From the NCBI GenBank assembly GCA_043228905.1, contig JBHGNT010000012.1, positions 17,422,001-17,486,000 of the forward strand: a stretch of 64,000 bases of DNA, given 5' to 3'. Of the stretch, positions 1-13,100 are shown piece after piece. A program made the position numbers and the translations under genes. Under the pieces are notes generated by a model. That model was not told the DNA's origin. It did not search any database and saw nothing but the letters and a program-made list of their open reading frames with translations. The DNA comes from Azolla caroliniana (Eukaryota; Plantae; Polypodiophyta). Positions within the stretch are counted from its first letter, which is position 1, and every line of letters begins with the position of its first letter.

Positions 1-1312
1 GAACCAATCGCATCCTAATGTGAGGGGGAAGAGCTGGTGTGGCAAGACATGAAAGTGGTGTGAGGTCATACTGCCTAAGGTGATGGTGCAATGGGCCTGA
101 GTGCAAAAGTGGTAGAGTTGTTGGTGATCGCCAAAGAGCACCTAGATGGAGGGAGTGGTGGATGTTGGGAGACCTAATTGGTGAACGAAGGTGGCGCTTA
201 TGTAAGAGATATTGTTGCTAGAGTCTAACAAGATGGTGTGGGTGGATTGATTGATGGTGGTGAGAGCAGTGCATACCTGCGAAGTGCAGTTGGTCAGTTT
301 CCCGAGAGCTCGGCCAACGATACGGTGTCGGCCACTGTGACCTGGGCGTTTTGCTTTTGAGACTGATTTTGTAATTTCCTGCAATGATGTCATACTTGTC
401 TATAATTGTTGCAGAAGAAGTACTTTAGGCACCCCTATGCATTGTGATTGGGAAGGTTGTGATCAGCCTACAATTGCACGTTTTGAACATCAATTTCCAC
501 GGGGGATGCTCCTTGGGGTTAGGATCGCCAATCACTCGTTGGTGGAGGGGGCTAGCGTGGTAGGAAATTGAAGAGCGTGCAAGCTTCAATGCATTGGGTA
601 ATTAGGATGGCCTCATTGAACATCTTCGGACCTTGGTCTCGAGCGTAGCGGGTGATTCATGCCGTACACGGGGCCACAAGAAGAAAAGCTTGACGTGCTC
701 AGGCATAGTAGGATCAGTACGAACTAAGATTTGTTTTAATCAGACAGCAAATTGACCCACTCGTTCTTGCACTTGCTGCTACAACGTCTCAAGTTATTGC
801 AACACTGTCTACATTGAATTCTGATGGGCGAAGTTTTGCACAAGGAGATCCCTGAGGATCCCCAGCTCTCTTGACCAAATCAGGTGGCGACAATGTTCTC
901 CAAGTGGGTGCGAACTTCCTTGGCTTCGTGTGCATCTAACCATTGGTAGTAACTGGAGATCATTTCGGAGTGGTCCAACCAAGCTAATACATTTCGAAGT
1001 GGCTTCATGTGCGTCTAACCATTGCTAGTAACTGGAGACCATTCTAAGTTGGCGGAGAGGAAGGAGAGCATAGCTTGATTTGTGTAGCTGATTTGAATCA
1101 TGGCATTGGAGAGGACTTGCAGGAGCTACTCCATTTGGAAGTGTGGTGGGCACTTGTGAGGTTGTGGGAACTTGGGTTGCATAAGGGTATCGCCTTCCAA
1201 GGCCATGTGAGGGAGTTGAAAAGCCATGAATGAGGCTGCGAGCTAGTGTAACCCGCTTCGCCACCAATATGTGAAATGCACATAGAGGATCCAAACTCGA
1301 ATGTCTTGCCAC
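1..1312 (-). mobile_element. Degenerate Ty3/gypsy-type gag-protease fragment (left arm of an inverted repeat; continues off the left edge)
   Basis: The minus strand encodes TILLDSSNNISYIS (decayed retropepsin LLDSG motif) and FHVLPHQLFPLTLGCDWF (protease C-terminal motif). It is the imperfect reverse complement of 1726-3012. Confidence 0.75.
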
Positions 1313-1431
1313 TTCTTTCCAGGTTAATTTATAGTGTATAACCCATTTGGGTGGGTTTGGCTACCAACTAATGCATGGAAGGCCTTTGCTTGCTAAATAG
1401 GTGGCACAAAGGTACACCATAGCATGAAGGC

Positions 1432-3012
1432 CTGCACTTGCTAAAAAGGTGGCACAAAGGTATACCACAAAGTGGCAAGACAAACTAGCTTTGATCCTCT
1501 CTATGTGTCCATTTCACATACTGGTGGAGAAGTGGGGCACAATCTCAATTGCTAGCCCTGGCTCGTTCATGGCCTCCCAACTCCCTCACATTGCGTCGGA
1601 TGGCAATACCCTTATGCAGCCCAAGCTCCCGCAACCTCACAAGTGGCCACCACCCTTCCAAATGAAGCAACTCCTTCAAGTCTCCCTGCACTTGCTAAAA
1701 AGGTGGCACAAAGGTATACCACAAAGTGGCAAGACAAACTAGTTTTGATCCTCTCTATGTCCATTTCACATACTGGTGGAGAAACGGGGTACAATCTCAA
1801 TTGCTAGCCCTGCCTCATTCATGGCCTCCCAACTCCCTCACATAACGTCGGATGGCAATACCCCTATGCAGCCCGAGCTCCCGCAACCTCACAAGTGCCC
1901 ACCACCCTTCCAAATGAAGCAACTCCTCCAAGTCTCCCCCAACGCCATGATTCAAATCAGCCACATGAATCAAGCTATGCTCTCCTTCCTCTCCACCAAC
2001 TCTGAATGGTCTCATGATCGGCATGATTCCAAGGTTCGCCCAAAATCCTTCTCCGGCTGGCCCTCCAATTACTACCAATGGTTAGATGTGCGCAAAGCCA
2101 AGGAAGTTCACACCCTCCTAGAGAATGTCGCTACCATCTCATTTGTGCAGCAAGCAAGCGAGGTGCAACAGAGTTGGGCGATCCTCAAGGAACTCCTCAT
2201 GCAAAATTTCGCCCATCAAAATTCAGCACAGACGATGTTGCAACAGCTCGAGATGTTGCAAAAGCAAGTGCATGAACAAGTGAGGCAATTTGCTATCTGA
2301 TTAAAACAACTCCTAGTTCGCACCGATCATACTATGCCCGAGCACGTCAAGGTTTTTTCCTTTTTCTTTGTGGCCCCGTCTACGTCATGACATCACCCGT
2401 CATGCCCGGGACCAAGGTTCCAAGATGTTCAATGAGGCCATCCTTATCGACCAACGCATCGAAGCTTTTATGCTATCCGGCTCCCAAACACGCTAGCCTC
2501 CTCCACCAACCAATGACCATCAATCCCAACACCAGTGAGCAGCCCCAATGGAAATTGATGTCCAAAACATGTAGTTGTAGGATCACTACAACCTTCCCAA
2601 TCGCAATGCAAAGGGGTGCCCAAAGTGCTTCTTCTGCAACAATTACTGACACGTATGACATCACTGCAAGAAATTACAAAATCAATCTCAAAAGCAAAAC
2701 GCCCAGGTCACAGTGGCCGACGCTGCATCGTTGGCCAAACTCCCTGGACACTAAACAACGGCACTTCACAGGTATGCACCACTCTTGTCACCATCAATCA
2801 TTCCAACTACACCATCTTGTTAGACTCTAGCAGTAGTATCTCTTCCATAAGTGTGGCCTTTGTTCACTAGTTAGGCCTCCCAACATACATCGCTCCCTCC
2901 ATTTAGGTCCTATTTGGTGATCACCAACAGCTTTACCACTCTTGCACTCAGGCTCGTTGCACCATCACCGTAGGTAATATGACCTTCTCACACCACTTTT
3001 ATGTCTTGCCAC
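1432..3012 (+). mobile_element. Degenerate Ty3/gypsy-type gag-protease fragment (right arm), with a ~254-bp tandem duplication of its 5' part
   Basis: Gag-like ORF 1776-2300. Decayed CCHC knuckle CFFCNNY*HV*HHC at ~2626-2667. TILLDSSSSISSIS at ~2811-2850. 1432-1685 is repeated from 1686. Confidence 0.75.
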
Positions 3013-3643
3013 TTATGAAACTACATAACTCTGATTATGGACAGTGATAGATATTGAAATGTAGTTGGCATTTTAAATTGCCACTTGTAGGGAAAGGTCT
3101 TCATTTGGAGAGTTCTAATAGGGGGTTTGCCTTTGAGATTAGCTCTAAAGCAACGTGGAGTAGAAACAAGCAATTGCTTCTTTCACATTGTTCAAGTGGA
3201 AGATAATACTCATTGTTCCATACAATGTTCAAATTTGGAGTGGCAATTCTCAAATTTGGCAAGTTTTGTCATAATGGTTTTTGACGCCAAGACAATGGGT
3301 GTTTTTCACAATTCACATTGGTTGATCCGAAATAAGAGATGGAAATCATTTTTCTATTTTTGTGATATTGGGGATTGTGTGATCATTCGGATACACGCAA
3401 TGCTTTTGTTTTTTAATGATAAGCATGGAGACAAAGCATATCTACGAAAGTTGAAGAGAGTACTAAACATGGAATTTTCCTTTATTGGATCAAGTAGATA
3501 TTCTTTCTTTGGTGAAGAATTCCTCTTGCCTATTGACAATTCAACATGTTCCACCACCCATGTAATGGTGACCATACTCCATTCTGATATCCATTACTAG
3601 TAGTGTTTTTCACACATTTATTAATATGATTGTGTTTTCACTA

Positions 3644-3845
3644 GAAAGAAAGAAAGAAAGATATATTAACGTCTTTTAAGAGGCCAAAATGGCCTATAAG
3701 ACCAAATAAGAGATTACATCTTAAGTGTTGTCTCGTCTTTGAGAACAAATAAGAGATTACATCTTAGAGAGAGAGAGAGAGAAAGGCAAAGAAAGATATA
3801 TAACTATTTTTTAAGAGGCCAAAATGGCCTTTAAACCAAACAAGC
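3644..3845 (-). mobile_element. Two short 5'-truncated LINE 3'-end copies around a (GA)n tract
   Basis: Matches the 3' end of the LINE at 23580-24470 (AAAGAAAGATATATTAACGTCTTTTAAGAGGCCAAAATGGCCTATAAGACC). The second copy (3782-3845) is more diverged. Confidence 0.8.
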
Positions 3846-4653
3846 GATATCAAATAACACCAATCAAGAGAGAGAGTGTGGTTTTGATGTAGTATTTTTT
3901 CACATACAATAATACAATTGTACCTTTCCATTAAAAAATGAAGAGTGAACGTGTGAATGAGGAGAAAGACAAAAGGTTAGCAAAGAAATCGTTCAGTTCA
4001 TATCAAATTCTTGATAGTGGCGGATGCATGTAAGACAAGTGCATAAAGTAAACCACATTGTAAAATGAGAATCCTTGGTCTATAAATAGGTGCCAATGTC
4101 AGCCAACCAAGGAAAAACTAGCCTCAATAAAGTTTAAGCTTTAAACTAGATGCAGTAAATACAATGAGCTCGGTAAAGTTTGGGATTCAGCCAAGAGATA
4201 TTTGGCAAATATTAGGTTCTAGCTTCTATAAACACAAAATTATTATAAGTCAAAACATTGCCTCAGCACAAAACTCGTACAAAGTTTTCTCTGAGCAATT
4301 ATTCTTCCTTTTGAATGTCACTTCAACTTTGCACCTAAAACCTCACAAAACAACCTTCATGAATTGCTGATCCTTATAATCTATGTTGAGCCTCCTCATG
4401 ACATATTATGATTTATTGCATATATCTGATTCTAAATATAGCTGCTTGAAGTCAATTTAATTGGCATTGTTACCTTATGAAAAGGGAAAATAATGACAGA
4501 TGGTGTGCAACGATCTTTACATAACACCACATATTAACCAGCCACATACTTTCATATATGATCCCAAATGTTGAGTTATAATCCTTTATAACGCGTCGGC
4601 CGATAATTTATTCACAAACATATGGCCATTATAACATGAGGATTTGTACCTAC

Positions 4654-6895
4654 CTGAGAATAAGGTGAACCTGAAAGACGGTCTCCTCCAGCATGAATAA
4701 GTTTTCCAGCATCTTCTTCCATATGGACTCTTGTGATACCAAAAGTGCGACGACCACCACCAAATTCAACAGGTAAATCAACATCTACCACGCCATTTGT
4801 TGCGATGGGAATATCAAACTGTGAGATTTGATAGCCCTTTGGAAGATCAGCATAGAAGTATTGTTTCCTATCAAACTTGGACTTTAATGTTATATCTGCA
4901 CCCAATGCCAATCCAAGCTTCACAGCATATTCTACCACTTTGGCATTGAGCATAGGCAAACAACCTGGAAGACCCATGCAAATAGGACAAATGTTGGTAT
5001 TCGGCTCAGCTCCATATTGCGATACACAAGAGCAAAATGCTTTTGTAGCAGTTGAGAGTTGTACATGAGTCTCGATACCAATAACGGCTTCAAATTGTTG
5101 TAGCTGAGCATCACTAGGTATGATGCTGGAGCTAGTTTCACTTGCAGTAACTCGTGAAATAAACTTAGATTGTCTTCTTCCTGGATGATTAATTTGGACA
5201 TGGTTGTATTAGAATACAGGTTTGCTTAGGATTCAAAAATCCAGACAATGAAGTAGCACAAAAGTTTTGATTACACATCATATCACAGAATTTAACCTTG
5301 AATTACCACTGATACAGCTTCAAAATCCTATGAATAAAATGGACAAAAAACAATATTGTCATGGAAACACGTTCAAAAGCTTCTTGAACAAATGGAAAAG
5401 GAACAACTGAAACAACTTTAAAATTCTTTGACTAAAATAGAAATTTAATGTTACCATGAAAATAACTGCAACCGCATTACCATTGAATCAACTTAACATT
5501 CTTTGACTAAAATAGAAATTTAATGTTACCATGAAAATAACTGCAAAATCCTTGGAATGAAATGGATGGGAATAACATTATCACTAAAACAAATTCAAAA
5601 CCCTTCGAATTAAATAGAAAATTGGCATTTAAACACAAGAACAACCCAAAAACATTGGAGCCAAATGGAAAACAACAGTATTATCCCCAAAAGAAGTTAA
5701 AATACTTTTAGATAAAATGAGAAAGAAGCAATGCTACCACTGAAACAATAAAATAAACAATGGCTATTAAAGGAACCCCAAATGCCTTGAATTAAATGGA
5801 TAAGAAGTGCTATTACCACTAAAACATGTGGTATTCTCTCCTAAGAAAAATCAGACACTTTTGAATTGTCCACAGATAACAATGACCAATTAAAGAAAAT
5901 CCAAATACCTATAGATGGATACAAAGTGGCATTACCACTGAAACAAGTGATATTCTCTCTTAAGAAAAATCTGACAACTTTGACAATTCTGGCCACAGAT
6001 AACAATGGCCACTAAATGAACTCTAAATACCTTGAATTTAATGGATAAGGAGAGGTATTACAATTGGAAAAGTGATATTCTCTCTTAAGAAAAATCTGAC
6101 AACTTTGACAATTCTGGCCACAGATAACAATGGCCACTAAATGAACTCCAAATACCTTGAATTTAATGGATAAGGAGAGGTATTACAATTGGAAAAGTGA
6201 TATTCTCTCTTAAGAAAAATCTGACAGTTTTGACAATTCGGCCCAAAGAAACAATGGCCACTAAATGAACTCCAAATCCCTTGAATTTAATGGAAAGAAG
6301 GGGTATTACCACTGAAACAAGTGCAAAGAATGGTGCATTATTTGAGCTGAACTTGAATCAAATGGAAAGAACAGTATTACCACTGAAACACATCCAAAAT
6401 CCTATGTCTCACATGGAAAAGAAACAGTCACTACCACAGAAGCGACCAAAACAATTTGAATCAGCCAGAAAAATAACAGTATTACTACAAAAAATTCCAA
6501 TTCCTTCGAATTAAATAGAAAAGAAACAACAGCAGCATTGAATGAAATCCAGATAAAATTGAAGAAAAGTCTTTTAGAGAAACAACTCCAAACCCTTTGA
6601 ATCAAATGGAAAATAAACAGCATTCCCACTAAAATTGCTTTCAAATTTATTGGAATTGAATGGAAAAGAAACATCATTTCCAGTGAATTCTTCAAAACCC
6701 AATGAAAGGATTCAAATTTGCCACTAAAACAACTCAAACACTTAAAAAAATCGAATGGATAAGAAGAAGAAGAAATAGTATTACCACGGGATACAAGACA
6801 GAAACTGCGAGAATTGGCTGGGGATGAGGCACAAGATGTAAGGTATATCAGAGATGATTTCTTCTTATTCTGTTGTTTTTGTTGTTGTAGTTGCT

Positions 6896-6950
<55 letters not shown>

Positions 6951-7073
6951 AATTCCTGGAGCACAGATGGTGTTGGTGAAGAAGAAGAAGAGAGGATAGC
7001 AAGAAGGGAGAAAAGAGGTGGAGGGGAACTTGAGGGCTCTTGCAGAAGAAGAAGAGAGGGAGCAGATCATCAT
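4654..7073 (-). CDS. GATB: Glutamyl-tRNA(Gln) amidotransferase subunit B, organellar; exons 1-2 only (7073-6785, 5180-4654), remainder beyond the left edge
   Basis: Exon 2 encodes [63 protein letters not shown]. The GT-AG phase-1 junction joins a Ser-rich transit-peptide exon in frame. The expected next exon (VDLNRAG..) was not seen in 1-4653. Confidence 0.92.
5300..6780. repeat. Tandem repeat array in GATB intron 1: 125-bp units within older degenerate ~60-bp units
   Basis: GTGATATTCTCTCTTAAG at 5947, 6072 and 6197. TTACCACT(G/A)AAAC and TTGAATTAAATGGA motifs recur across the intron. Confidence 0.85.
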
Positions 7074-7221
7074 AGTCCCTGTGTGGAGCTCAGCGATGGC
7101 GGGGCAAAGGATTGAGAGCACAGTCTACAGAGGCCAAATATGGCTGAAGAAAAAAAAAAAAGGAAGAAAGGAGCAGGGGATGAGAGGGGGGACATAAATG
7201 CAATTTAAGAGAACCTCAAGC

Positions 7222-7450
7222 ATACTAATACTAATACTTATACTAATACTAATACTAATACTAATACTAATACTAATACTAATACTAATTCTAATACTAA
7301 TATTTTACATACTAATACTTATACTAATACTAATACTAATACTAATACTAATACTGATACTACTACTAAAATACTAAAATATTAGCATTAGCATTACTAT
7401 TAGTATTAGTATTAGAACTACTATTAGAATTAGTATTAGTATTTTAGTAT
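7222..7450. repeat. (TACTAA)n microsatellite followed by inverted (TTAGTA)n copies
   Basis: Read directly from the sequence, just upstream of the GATB start. Confidence 0.9.
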
Positions 7451-8194
7451 CATTGATGCTTGAACTGGTTAAATGTAGATTTCTGCCTGGATTTTGTCCC
7501 TCAAGGTCAATGCTCACTCACACATGTTGACATGATCATAGATCGACGTTATCTACTTTGCATTATATATTTGGTATTTGCTTAGATCAGTCGGCTCAAC
7601 TCTACCACCAACCCGATTCGATGGAATTCTTGAATGTTCTTCATATATAGTCACCCACTTAAGTAACATTGTTTGATCACCGCCACTTCTATATGTTCCT
7701 TTAGACCCACACATGCATTTGATATGTTTAACAATCGTTCACAAGTCCGTTCGATATGGATGGGTGAAATTTGATCTATCACTTATTAGGACGATTTGTG
7801 TTCACCAACTCATTGATCAAGATTCAAAATTTACTACCATCCCACATCTCAACAACAACCAAATTTACAGTTGTAACTTTTTATTATATTCGCATTTTTC
7901 CTTGTATCCATGGTAGCCTACCATAGTAGAATAGTATTACGAGCAAAATAACGTATTGAAAAGATAAAAACGAAGACAGTGTTCGATGTGTATATATATG
8001 CATGTATGAGGAAGGCAAATGACTACCCAATAAGAAGGGCTAACATACTTGCATTTACTCAACTTCAAGATTAGGATTCCTAGACCATGTTATATGGGTA
8101 CTTCTAGGTAGTTTACCAATCTTGGTGCATGGAATGTTACATTTATAAATCTATAAAAGAAAACATATTGGATTGCAATGTAGAGGATTTCCAA

Positions 8195-8565
8195 AAAGAA
8201 AGACTTGGTTCAACATTTTACTTGATGTCATTGTTGTTGCATTAGTCAACACAAAAACAATTCGTTATCTTCACAGTAGATCATCGTATGGGATCAAATG
8301 GACATACACCCTTGTCTGCCTAAAGCGGATGAGAGGTGGATGCCTATCAATCTTGAGCGTATCTAACAAGAGATTAGTCCAAAAAGAAAGACCTAGTCCA
8401 ACAGTTAACTTTGATATCATGGTTGTTGCATTAGTCAACACAAAAAAAAAATGTTATCTTCCCACTAGATCGTCGTATGGGATCAAATGGACATACGCCC
8501 TTTTTGTGACTAACACGAACAAGAGGTGGATGTCTATCACTCTTGAGCGTATTGAACAAGAGATC
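8195..8565. repeat. Diverged ~190-bp tandem duplication
   Basis: GTTGTTGCATTAGTCAACACAAAAA..CGTATGGGATCAAATGGACATAC at ~8233 and ~8422. Confidence 0.75.
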
Positions 8566-9349
8566 TCTCAAACTTTAACCCACACTCAATCACTAAAACT
8601 TAAAGTCAAGAAAGCAATGAGGATCATAAAAACTTCACCAACAACGTGTTTGGATTATTAGCAAACCATATTTACAAGAATAGAGATTAGGTGCTTAAGA
8701 TAATGACTTACAACTAACCTTGAAAACAAGAAGGTTAAGCTCTATATATTTCTCATTGTCCACTACGTGGCCAACTTTTAGTTAAATGTTGCAAAATTGT
8801 AAATCTAAACACGTCATTTAGCAAGATACAAAAGTGACAACTTAATGTCGGCCATAATGTCATGTTTCCATGATAATTTTCCCCCATTATATAGTGGTGT
8901 GATAATATCTTAAGAGGCCATGATGAAGGGTTCACGTAGTCCCCTTAATATAGTCCAACACCTAAGACTCCTAGACCACCACGTGTTTCAATTATGGGTT
9001 TCTCCTAGTTCCTAGGAATATAATTTATTCCCAACTATCCTACCCTTAACCAATTAAAATTAGGTCAAAATTAGGTCCTTACAATTATGGCCATAACATA
9101 CATTATGGAACTCAACATGAACACTATTGTGGGATGAATTATGTATGTTTATGTTCCAAATGAGATACTCACGAAGCTCAACCCCATGTTATAGGTTAGG
9201 GTTAATGACGATGATTATGATGATGAATGGTAATGGTAGAATAGGGTTATGATGGGGATATAATAAGCATTGTGGGGTTGATGGCTATGGCAATGACATT
9301 AAGAAGTATTGCGGGGTGGGGGGTGGTGCCTAGAATGGCTTCAATTTTA

Positions 9350-10122
9350 AACAGTTCAGTTCATTTCAAGTTTGAATATTTATTAACGGCTAATTGGTTT
9401 TATGCCATGACTTAAAGGGCTTAATGGTTGAAACGTTGAAGTGTGAGAATTAAGTACTTATTAATAATAAAAATGTAACGTTGAAAAATTGATTGTACAA
9501 CTGTGGAGCTGCCAATAATTTGGTCTACACCAAAATAGAAACTGAACTGAAAAACCATGGTTTAACAGTTTGTAAATATCTAGAACCATTTGGTTTGAGC
9601 TTGGACATTCCTATAACAGTTCGGTTTAAATGTTGTAGTTCAGTTCGGTTCAATTTAAGTTTGAATTTTTTTAAACAATTTGAGTGAATACAACTACTAC
9701 ATGGTGCAACATTACATCTTTCTGACGAAGATAGTGAATATTGTTCCAAGCCAAAAAGCTTCGTTAAAGTAGCTCATGTTCCTCTTTGGATAAAAGTGAT
9801 GGATGAAAACATGCAAGTCCTCCACGGCACAAAGACATGGAACCTCATTCTGCTCCACCACATAGGGATGCTATTGGTTGTGAATGTATCTACAAAGCAG
9901 AGTGCAACTTTGAACTCTCTTTCTAACAATTGGCAACAGTTCAGTTGGAACCCAACTGAACCACGAAACCGTGGCTTAACGACTTAAATGGTTCAATTCT
10001 GGTTCAAGTTTTTTTAATAGTTCCATTTGGTTTGGGGGGAAACAGTTCGGTTCGGTTTGGGTGTAAATTGTTTGAAACTGCGGTTTAAACGGTATGATGG
10101 TTTTAGGGTTGCCAATTGATTA
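9350..10122. mobile_element. Decayed AACCG/CGGTT-rich MITE copies related to the element at 31407-31822
   Basis: TAACAATTGGCAAC at 9924 and GTTGCCAATTGATTA ending at 10122 resemble the TIR of the 31407 element. Many GGTT/AACC subrepeats. Confidence 0.55.
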
Positions 10123-13100
10123 TTTTTTCAAATATTTATTTGAACTTTTTTATATAAGCCCAATTCTCACATTTTAGGAAAAATCATTACATTTTGAAAT
10201 TTGAATAATGAAAATAATAATAATTTTGGGTTGGGTTCTACACTAGGGAAGAAGAAAACGATCCATCACACGCTTTTTTCGGAGGTTGATGGCAAATGTG
10301 GTTACAACAAAGCAATAAAGTAGAGGTATCGTTATCATGGCATAGCATGTTTAGAGGAGGAATGTGTCAAAAATTCCAGTTTATAGTAGGCTAAAGGGTA
10401 TGATCGAAGAGGAAACAAATTATATGTATTGAAACCAATAAGCAAAGGAAACTCGGGCAGTTAAACTTATTCACTTGAAACGATAAGGATAAGGGTTTGA
10501 GCCTTGTTAGGACTTTAGGACAAAATATGTGACCTATGATGAGCGAGTGATCTTAAAGAAGTAGAGATGGACATGATGATAAACATTACCCTGACATGAT
10601 ACCTCCTTAAGATGAGGATAGGTGCATATAAAAAGAAAAAACAATAGTGCAAGTTAAAAGCAGCACCATAATGTGACGAACCTAAATCATGGGGGTCTTG
10701 AAGCGAACCCAAAACACAATGGGGAGAAGAGAGAATAACCAAAGGAGAGATTTCATTAATATAACTTAAGCATGATTAAAAAGAAGATTAGTTAGAAGCT
10801 CCTTCGAGCTACTATAATGAAAGAGAGAGGAAGGAGAGAGTTTCTAAATCTGGGAATAATAAAAAATGAGGAGAGACTCCTCCATATATAGTCCAAGGGT
10901 GGTTCTTAGGCTCCCTTGGCATTAGGCCAAGAGGTGGCTTTTGGACTCCCCTACGATTGGTCGTTACTACTTTTGTAATAGGGTCTAGGACTGGGTATTT
11001 CCCAAGTCCCAACCCAAAAGTGGAACCCCTTCTTTGGGATTGGTATTGGTATTGGCACTGGCACTGCGATTGAGGTTGGATCCCTTCTTGGGTCCCAACG
11101 ATTTATCCTCTTGCCAACCTCAATCACAATGTTGGCCGGTCAGGACAACCAAGGTGTGAAAGGGCCATATGAACGAATAAGGGGCGAAACAGAGACAAGT
11201 GGGACCGAACAAGGAGCCGAAACATAATATAATGCATGCATAATAACTAAAGGAAGTAGTATCAATTCACGTTCTAGACGTAACCGTCCATGTTCCATAT
11301 AAAAAGGGACATGAAGCCTTGTAAAAAGTTTATCAGTTGTATTGACTCAGTCGCTTAATAGAATATCTGTTTGCTATACTCAGTGTATGTGGCGTAAGAG
11401 ACTCTATCTTTTTAATGTGTACTGTGAGTACCAGTCAATTGTAGCTGGCTTGGATCGTGTATTCATCAGACATTACAACTTGATCGGGTATTGTTCTATG
11501 TGAGCTTATCTTGTTACTTTTGTGTGACCAGTCGATGTTTTCCATCCTCCGACCACAATACCTTGAGTCGAGTACCAAAGGAGTGAGTATCCGAACCCTG
11601 CGTTACTAAGGGCAATAACACACGACTCCTCGTCCCAACTCGTTTTGGGGCTGGTTTTGGAGTGGCTCTTTTTATTGACACCACAATTATTTTTATTTGG
11701 TAGAGGTGCTCAAGAATGCTATAAAAGAAGCAAGTTTGTGAGATCCAAGGCAAAAGCTCTGTAACCGAGGTTTGGTTGGATATGGGAAGTGAATCATAAG
11801 GGTGCAAAAGAAGCCTATGGTGACCGTAGATTCTACACCAAAAGTCAAGGACAACTTAGAAAGAAGTCTAAAAATATTGAACCATCTTCTTTAATTCATG
11901 CACCCATTTAATGGGATAGAGGTTTTTGACCTTAACTGTACCTTGCTACAAATTTCGGGAACTCTTAAGAACTAATAAATAAAATCTTATCGACCACTAT
12001 ACAAATTTGGAAGATTTATTGTAACCATGTGATTCACCATTGAACAAAGATCACCATGGATATTTTAGATCAAGATTCCGATACTCGAGCCCAAATTTAC
12101 ATGAAGAATTGTTATTATCATAAGAAATGAAATCCCACTTTGGAATTCCGTTTTAGAATTGTTATTTTTTACTCAAAAATCTCATCACTATACGAACTTT
12201 TATGTTGAAGTGTGAAAATTGTGAGCATTGGGAGTTAAACTTGCTACACTATGTTGAAACTCAAGTATCCCACCAATCAAACAACACTCGTGACAACTTA
12301 TCTTGAAGAGCCTTAGTGGAAATCCACCTTTTCACAAAGGAAAAAGGAAGGACAACAACGCGGTCTCCTCCCCCCTTCTCTATTGTGCGTCAATGAGCAA
12401 CAAAGCGAAAGAGAGGAAAAAGGATACAAAGGATTAGATGCAGAGAAGAAGGCGGGGTGTTTGATGTTGTTGTCAATGTTACCAACATCGCCACTATCGT
12501 TGACACCATGCAATGAACGACATTGCGATCGATGCTAACAATGTGTCATTTACACATCATACCACTTCTTCCCCTGTCCTTTCACACCTAATTTACCAAC
12601 ACATACTTACCAAAATACCCCTCCCCACACACCAACACATACTTACTCATATGCTCATACCTAAACATCACTTATATATAAAAAACTATACACACCTCAT
12701 TTTGCACCTGCTCAACAACTTAATCATATTCTCACACATAAACACTCAATCCTATATTTGAACATTTATTCAAACACACACACACACACACACACACCTA
12801 CACACTTCCACATATATGGGAATACACGTGTATGTACACATAAAAACATATAAAATCATATACACAAACAAACAGTCATATTCAAATGCATACACACACA
12901 TATTCAAGGCAATTACATGAGTGCACTTATACCCAAAGGCACTTGATTTCATGCACTCACACACATACTCGAACACTTATGTTTACACATAACATCACAC
13001 ACACACACATTTAAAAATAATAATCAGAAACTTTCGATACTATTGACAATTACGAAGGTTATGACGTCATCAACTCAACCACAAAAGCCATCTACCTTGG

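Noticed and set aside
3127-3600. 157-aa plus-strand ORF
   Set aside because: Non-ATG start and no recognisable motif in this or the minus frames. Probably a chance ORF or decayed repeat within a GATB intron.
6402-6784. C-terminal half of the 239-aa ORF 6402-7121
   Set aside because: Read-through into the repeat-filled GATB intron 1 past the donor at 6785.
10240-12320. Possible LTR retrotransposon remnants
   Set aside because: Composition is LTR-like, but I could not establish paired termini, a PBS or coding motifs.
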